Both the position numbers and the translations under genes were made by a program. A stretch of DNA of 64,000 nucleotides, taken from positions 507,170-571,169 of the forward strand of contig OZ287702.1 of assembly GCA_965649825.1 (NCBI GenBank), in the 5' to 3' direction. The stretch is from Penicillus capitatus. Lineage: Eukaryota; Plantae; Chlorophyta. This document shows positions 61,101-64,000 of this stretch, piece by piece; position 1 is the first letter of the stretch; each line of letters starts with the position of its first letter. Below the pieces are notes generated by a model. The model saw nothing but the letters and a program-made list of their open reading frames with translations. It was not told the DNA's origin and did not search any database.

Positions 61101-64000
61101 CGGTTGGGGTGCTTCTCCACTCACATTAGGCTTCTCCACTCACATTGGACCGCTCACAGCATGTTGATTTCTCACGTTGGACCGCTCAGAACCAACTCTA
61201 CATACCTGTTGGTGAGATTCTTCACTCCCATAAGGCTTTTCCATCCACATTAGACCGCTCATAGCATACTGATTTCTCACATTTGAACATTTGCGACACC
61301 CAAGCAGCCTCATGTGCTACATACCCGTTCTGTTGGGGCGCTTCTCCGCACACATTGGACCCCCCTTTTAGGCCCGTGGGCCGGGTTACAGCAAGCCTAC
61401 CCCCCCCCTCGAGGCCCGTGGGCCGGGTTACAGCAAGCCTACCCCCCCCTTTAAGGCCCGTGGGCCGGGTTGCAGCAAGCCTACCCCCCTTTTGGAGCTC
61501 GAGGGCCGGGTTACAGCAAGCCTACCCCCTCCCTTTTGGAGCTCGAGGGCCGGGTTGCAGCAAGCCTACCCCCCCCTTTAAGGCCCGTGGGCCGGGTTGC
61601 AGCAAGCCTACCACCCTTTTGGAGCTCGAGAGCCGGGTTACAGCAAGCCTACCCCCCCTTGGGGCCCGAGGGCCGGGTTACAGCAAGCCTACCCCCTCCC
61701 TTTTGGAGCTCGAGGGCCGGGTTACAGCAAGCCTACCCCCCCTTTTGGAGCTCGAGGGCCGGGTTACAGAAGGCCTACCCCCCCCCCTTTTGGAGCTCGA
61801 GGGCCGGGTTACAGCAAGCCTACCCCCCTTGGGGCCCGAGGGCCGGGTTACAGCAAGCCTACCCCCCTTGGGGCCCGAGGGCCGGGTTACAGCAAGCCTA
61901 CCCCCCTTTTGGAGCTCGAGGGCCGGGTTACAGCAAGCCTACCCCCCCTTGGAGCTCGAGGGCCGGGTTACAGCAAGCCTACCCCCCCTTGGGGCCCGAG
62001 GGCCGGGTTACAGCAAGCCTACCCCCCCTTGAAGCCCGAGGGCCGGGTTACAGCAAGCCTACCCCCCCCCTTGGGGCCCGTGGGCCGGGTTACAGCAAGC
62101 CTACCCCCCCTTGGGGCCCGTGGGCCGGGTTGCAGCAAGCCTACCCCCCCTTGGGGCCCGTGGGCCGGGTTGCAGCAAGCCTACCCCCCTTTTCGAGGCC
62201 GCAGTACCGATTTCTCATATTGGACCGCCCAGGGCCTACTCTACATACCTGTTGGTGAGATTCTTCACTCACATTGGAGCGCTCGGAGCATACGGATTTC
62301 TCACATTGGACCGCTCAGAGCATACTGTTTTCGCCATTTGAACATGTCCGACGCCCAAGCAGCCTCATGTGCTACATACCCGTTCTGTTGGGGCGCTTCT
62401 GCACACACATTGGACCCCCCTTGGGGCCCGTGGGCCGGGTTGCAGCAAGCCTACCCCCCTTTTGGAGCTCGAGGGCCGGGTTACAGCAAGCCTACCCCCC
62501 CCCCTTGGGGCCCGTGGGCCGGGTTACAGCAAGCCCACCCCCCCTTGGGGCCCGTGGGCCGGGTTGCAGCAAGCCTACCCCCTTTGAGGCCCGTGGGCCG
62601 GGTTGCAGCAAGCCTACCCCCTTTGAGGCCCGTGGGCCGGGTTGCAGCAAGCCTACCCCCTTTGAGGCCCGTGGGCCGGGTTACAGCAAGCCTACCCCCT
62701 TTGAGGCCGTAGTACTGATTTCTCACATTGGACCGCTCACAGCATACTGATTTCTCACATTAGACCGCTCAGAACCAACTCTGCATACCGGTCGATGAGA
62801 TTCTCCACTCACATTAGGCTTCTCCACTCACATTGGACCGCTCACAGCATACCGATTTCTCACATTAGACCGCTTAGAACCAACTCTGCATACCTGTTGG
62901 GGTGCTTCTCCACTCACATTAGGCTTCTCCACTCACATTAGGCTTCTCCACTCACATTGGACCGCTCACAGCATACCGATTTCTCACATTAGACCGCTTA
63001 GAACCAACTCTACATACCTGTTGGGGTGCTTCTCCACTCACATTGGACCGCTCACAGCATACCGATTTCTCACATTAGACCGCTTAAAACCAACTCTACA
63101 TACCTGTCGGGGTGCTTCTCCACTCACATTAGGCTTCTTCATCCACTCACATTTGACCGCTCGGAGCATACGGATTTCTCACATTGGACCGCTCAGAGCA
63201 TACTGTTTTCTCCATTTGAACATGTCCGACGCCCAAGCAGCCTCATGTGCTACATACCCGTTCTGTTGAGGCGCTTCTGCACACACATTGGACCGCTCAC
63301 AGCATACCGATTTCTCACATTAGACCGCTTAAAACCAACTCTACATACCTGTCGCGGTGCTTCTCCACTCACATTAGGCTTCTTCATCCACTCACATTTG
63401 ACCGCTCGGAGCATACGGATTTCTCACATTGGACCGCTCAGAGCATACTGATTTCTCCATTTGAACATGTTTTGCGCCCAAGCAGCCCCATGTGCTCGTG
63501 AGCTTGACCGAGGATGCCACTCTACATACATGTTGGGGTGATTCTCCACTCACGTTGGACCGCTCAGAACCAACTCTGCATACCGGTTGGGGTGCTTCTC
63601 CACTCCCATTAGGCTTCTCCATCCACGTTGGACCGCTCACGGCATACTGATTTCTCACATTAGACCGCTCAGAACCAACTCTGCATACCGGTTGGGGTGC
63701 TTCTCCACTCCCATTAGGCTTCTCCATCCACGTTGGACCGCTCACGGCATACCGATTTCTCACATTGGACCGCTCAGAACCAACTCTACATACCTGTTGG
63801 GGTGTTTCTCTACTCACATTAGGCTTTTTCATCCACGTTGGACCGCTCACGGCATACTGATTTCTCACATTAGACCGCTCAGAACCAACTCTGCATACCG
63901 GTTGGGGTGCTTCTCCACTCCCATTAGGCTTCTCCATCCACGTTGGACCGCTCACGGCATACCGATTTCTCACATTAGACCGCTCAGAACCAACTCTGCA
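55189..64000. repeat. Higher-order satellite array, ~3007-bp unit, about 2.9 copies visible, continuing past the window end
   Basis: Landmarks recur at 56259/59267/62274 and 57006/60013/63021. Each unit contains blocks of ~33-37-bp monomer A (GGGCCGGGTTACAGCAAGCCTA-polyC-TT...) and 105-bp monomer B (CACGTTGGACCGCTCACGGCATAC..., at 57611, 57716, 57821, 57926), plus a linker. Confidence 0.98.

Noticed and set aside
55189-64000. CRISPR array, or real proteins in the many Pro-rich ORFs of the satellite
   Set aside because: There are no unique spacers and no cas genes. The ORFs occur in all frames and simply translate the monomers.
55189-64000. rDNA, 5S or telomere repeat array
   Set aside because: I recognised no rRNA or 5S sequence in the 3-kb unit and no TTTAGGG/TTAGGG tracts. 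TTAGG occurs only as an isolated word.

Overview
This is eukaryotic nuclear DNA from a compact green-algal (Chlorophyta-like) genome. It uses the standard code, has ~45-60 nt spliceosomal introns and carries a TIC56 homologue. A siphonous/ulvophyte source is only my guess. Single-copy housekeeping genes are CbbY-like HAD, TIC56, INO1/MIPS, organellar L9, WDR46/UTP7, a PUX11/UBXN4-like UBX protein and a GARP transcription factor. They are interleaved with a duplicated accessory compartment: three intronless F-box/LRR paralogues, two near-identical beta-helix/Cys-rich/multi-TM surface-protein genes, two rho-like GSTs, an ALDH2 pseudogene and LRR debris. A complete, very young Ty3/gypsy element (22161-26973) has identical 155-bp LTRs and a GAGGG target-site duplication, and sits inside the F-box motif of the third paralogue. 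Its Gag has an unusual signal-peptide/coiled-coil/transmembrane N-terminus. Its protease is in ORF1, followed by an A_AAA_AAC plus pseudoknot -1 frameshift signal. A second element head with an almost identical LTR-end/PBS and a TM-rich ORF (about 54520-55190) abuts a ~3007-bp higher-order satellite array that fills the rest of the window. An intron-containing, bacterial-type RtcB RNA ligase with a transit-peptide-like leader lies head-to-head with an McrA-like HNH nuclease gene. All family assignments come from motif recognition by eye; no database searches were run.
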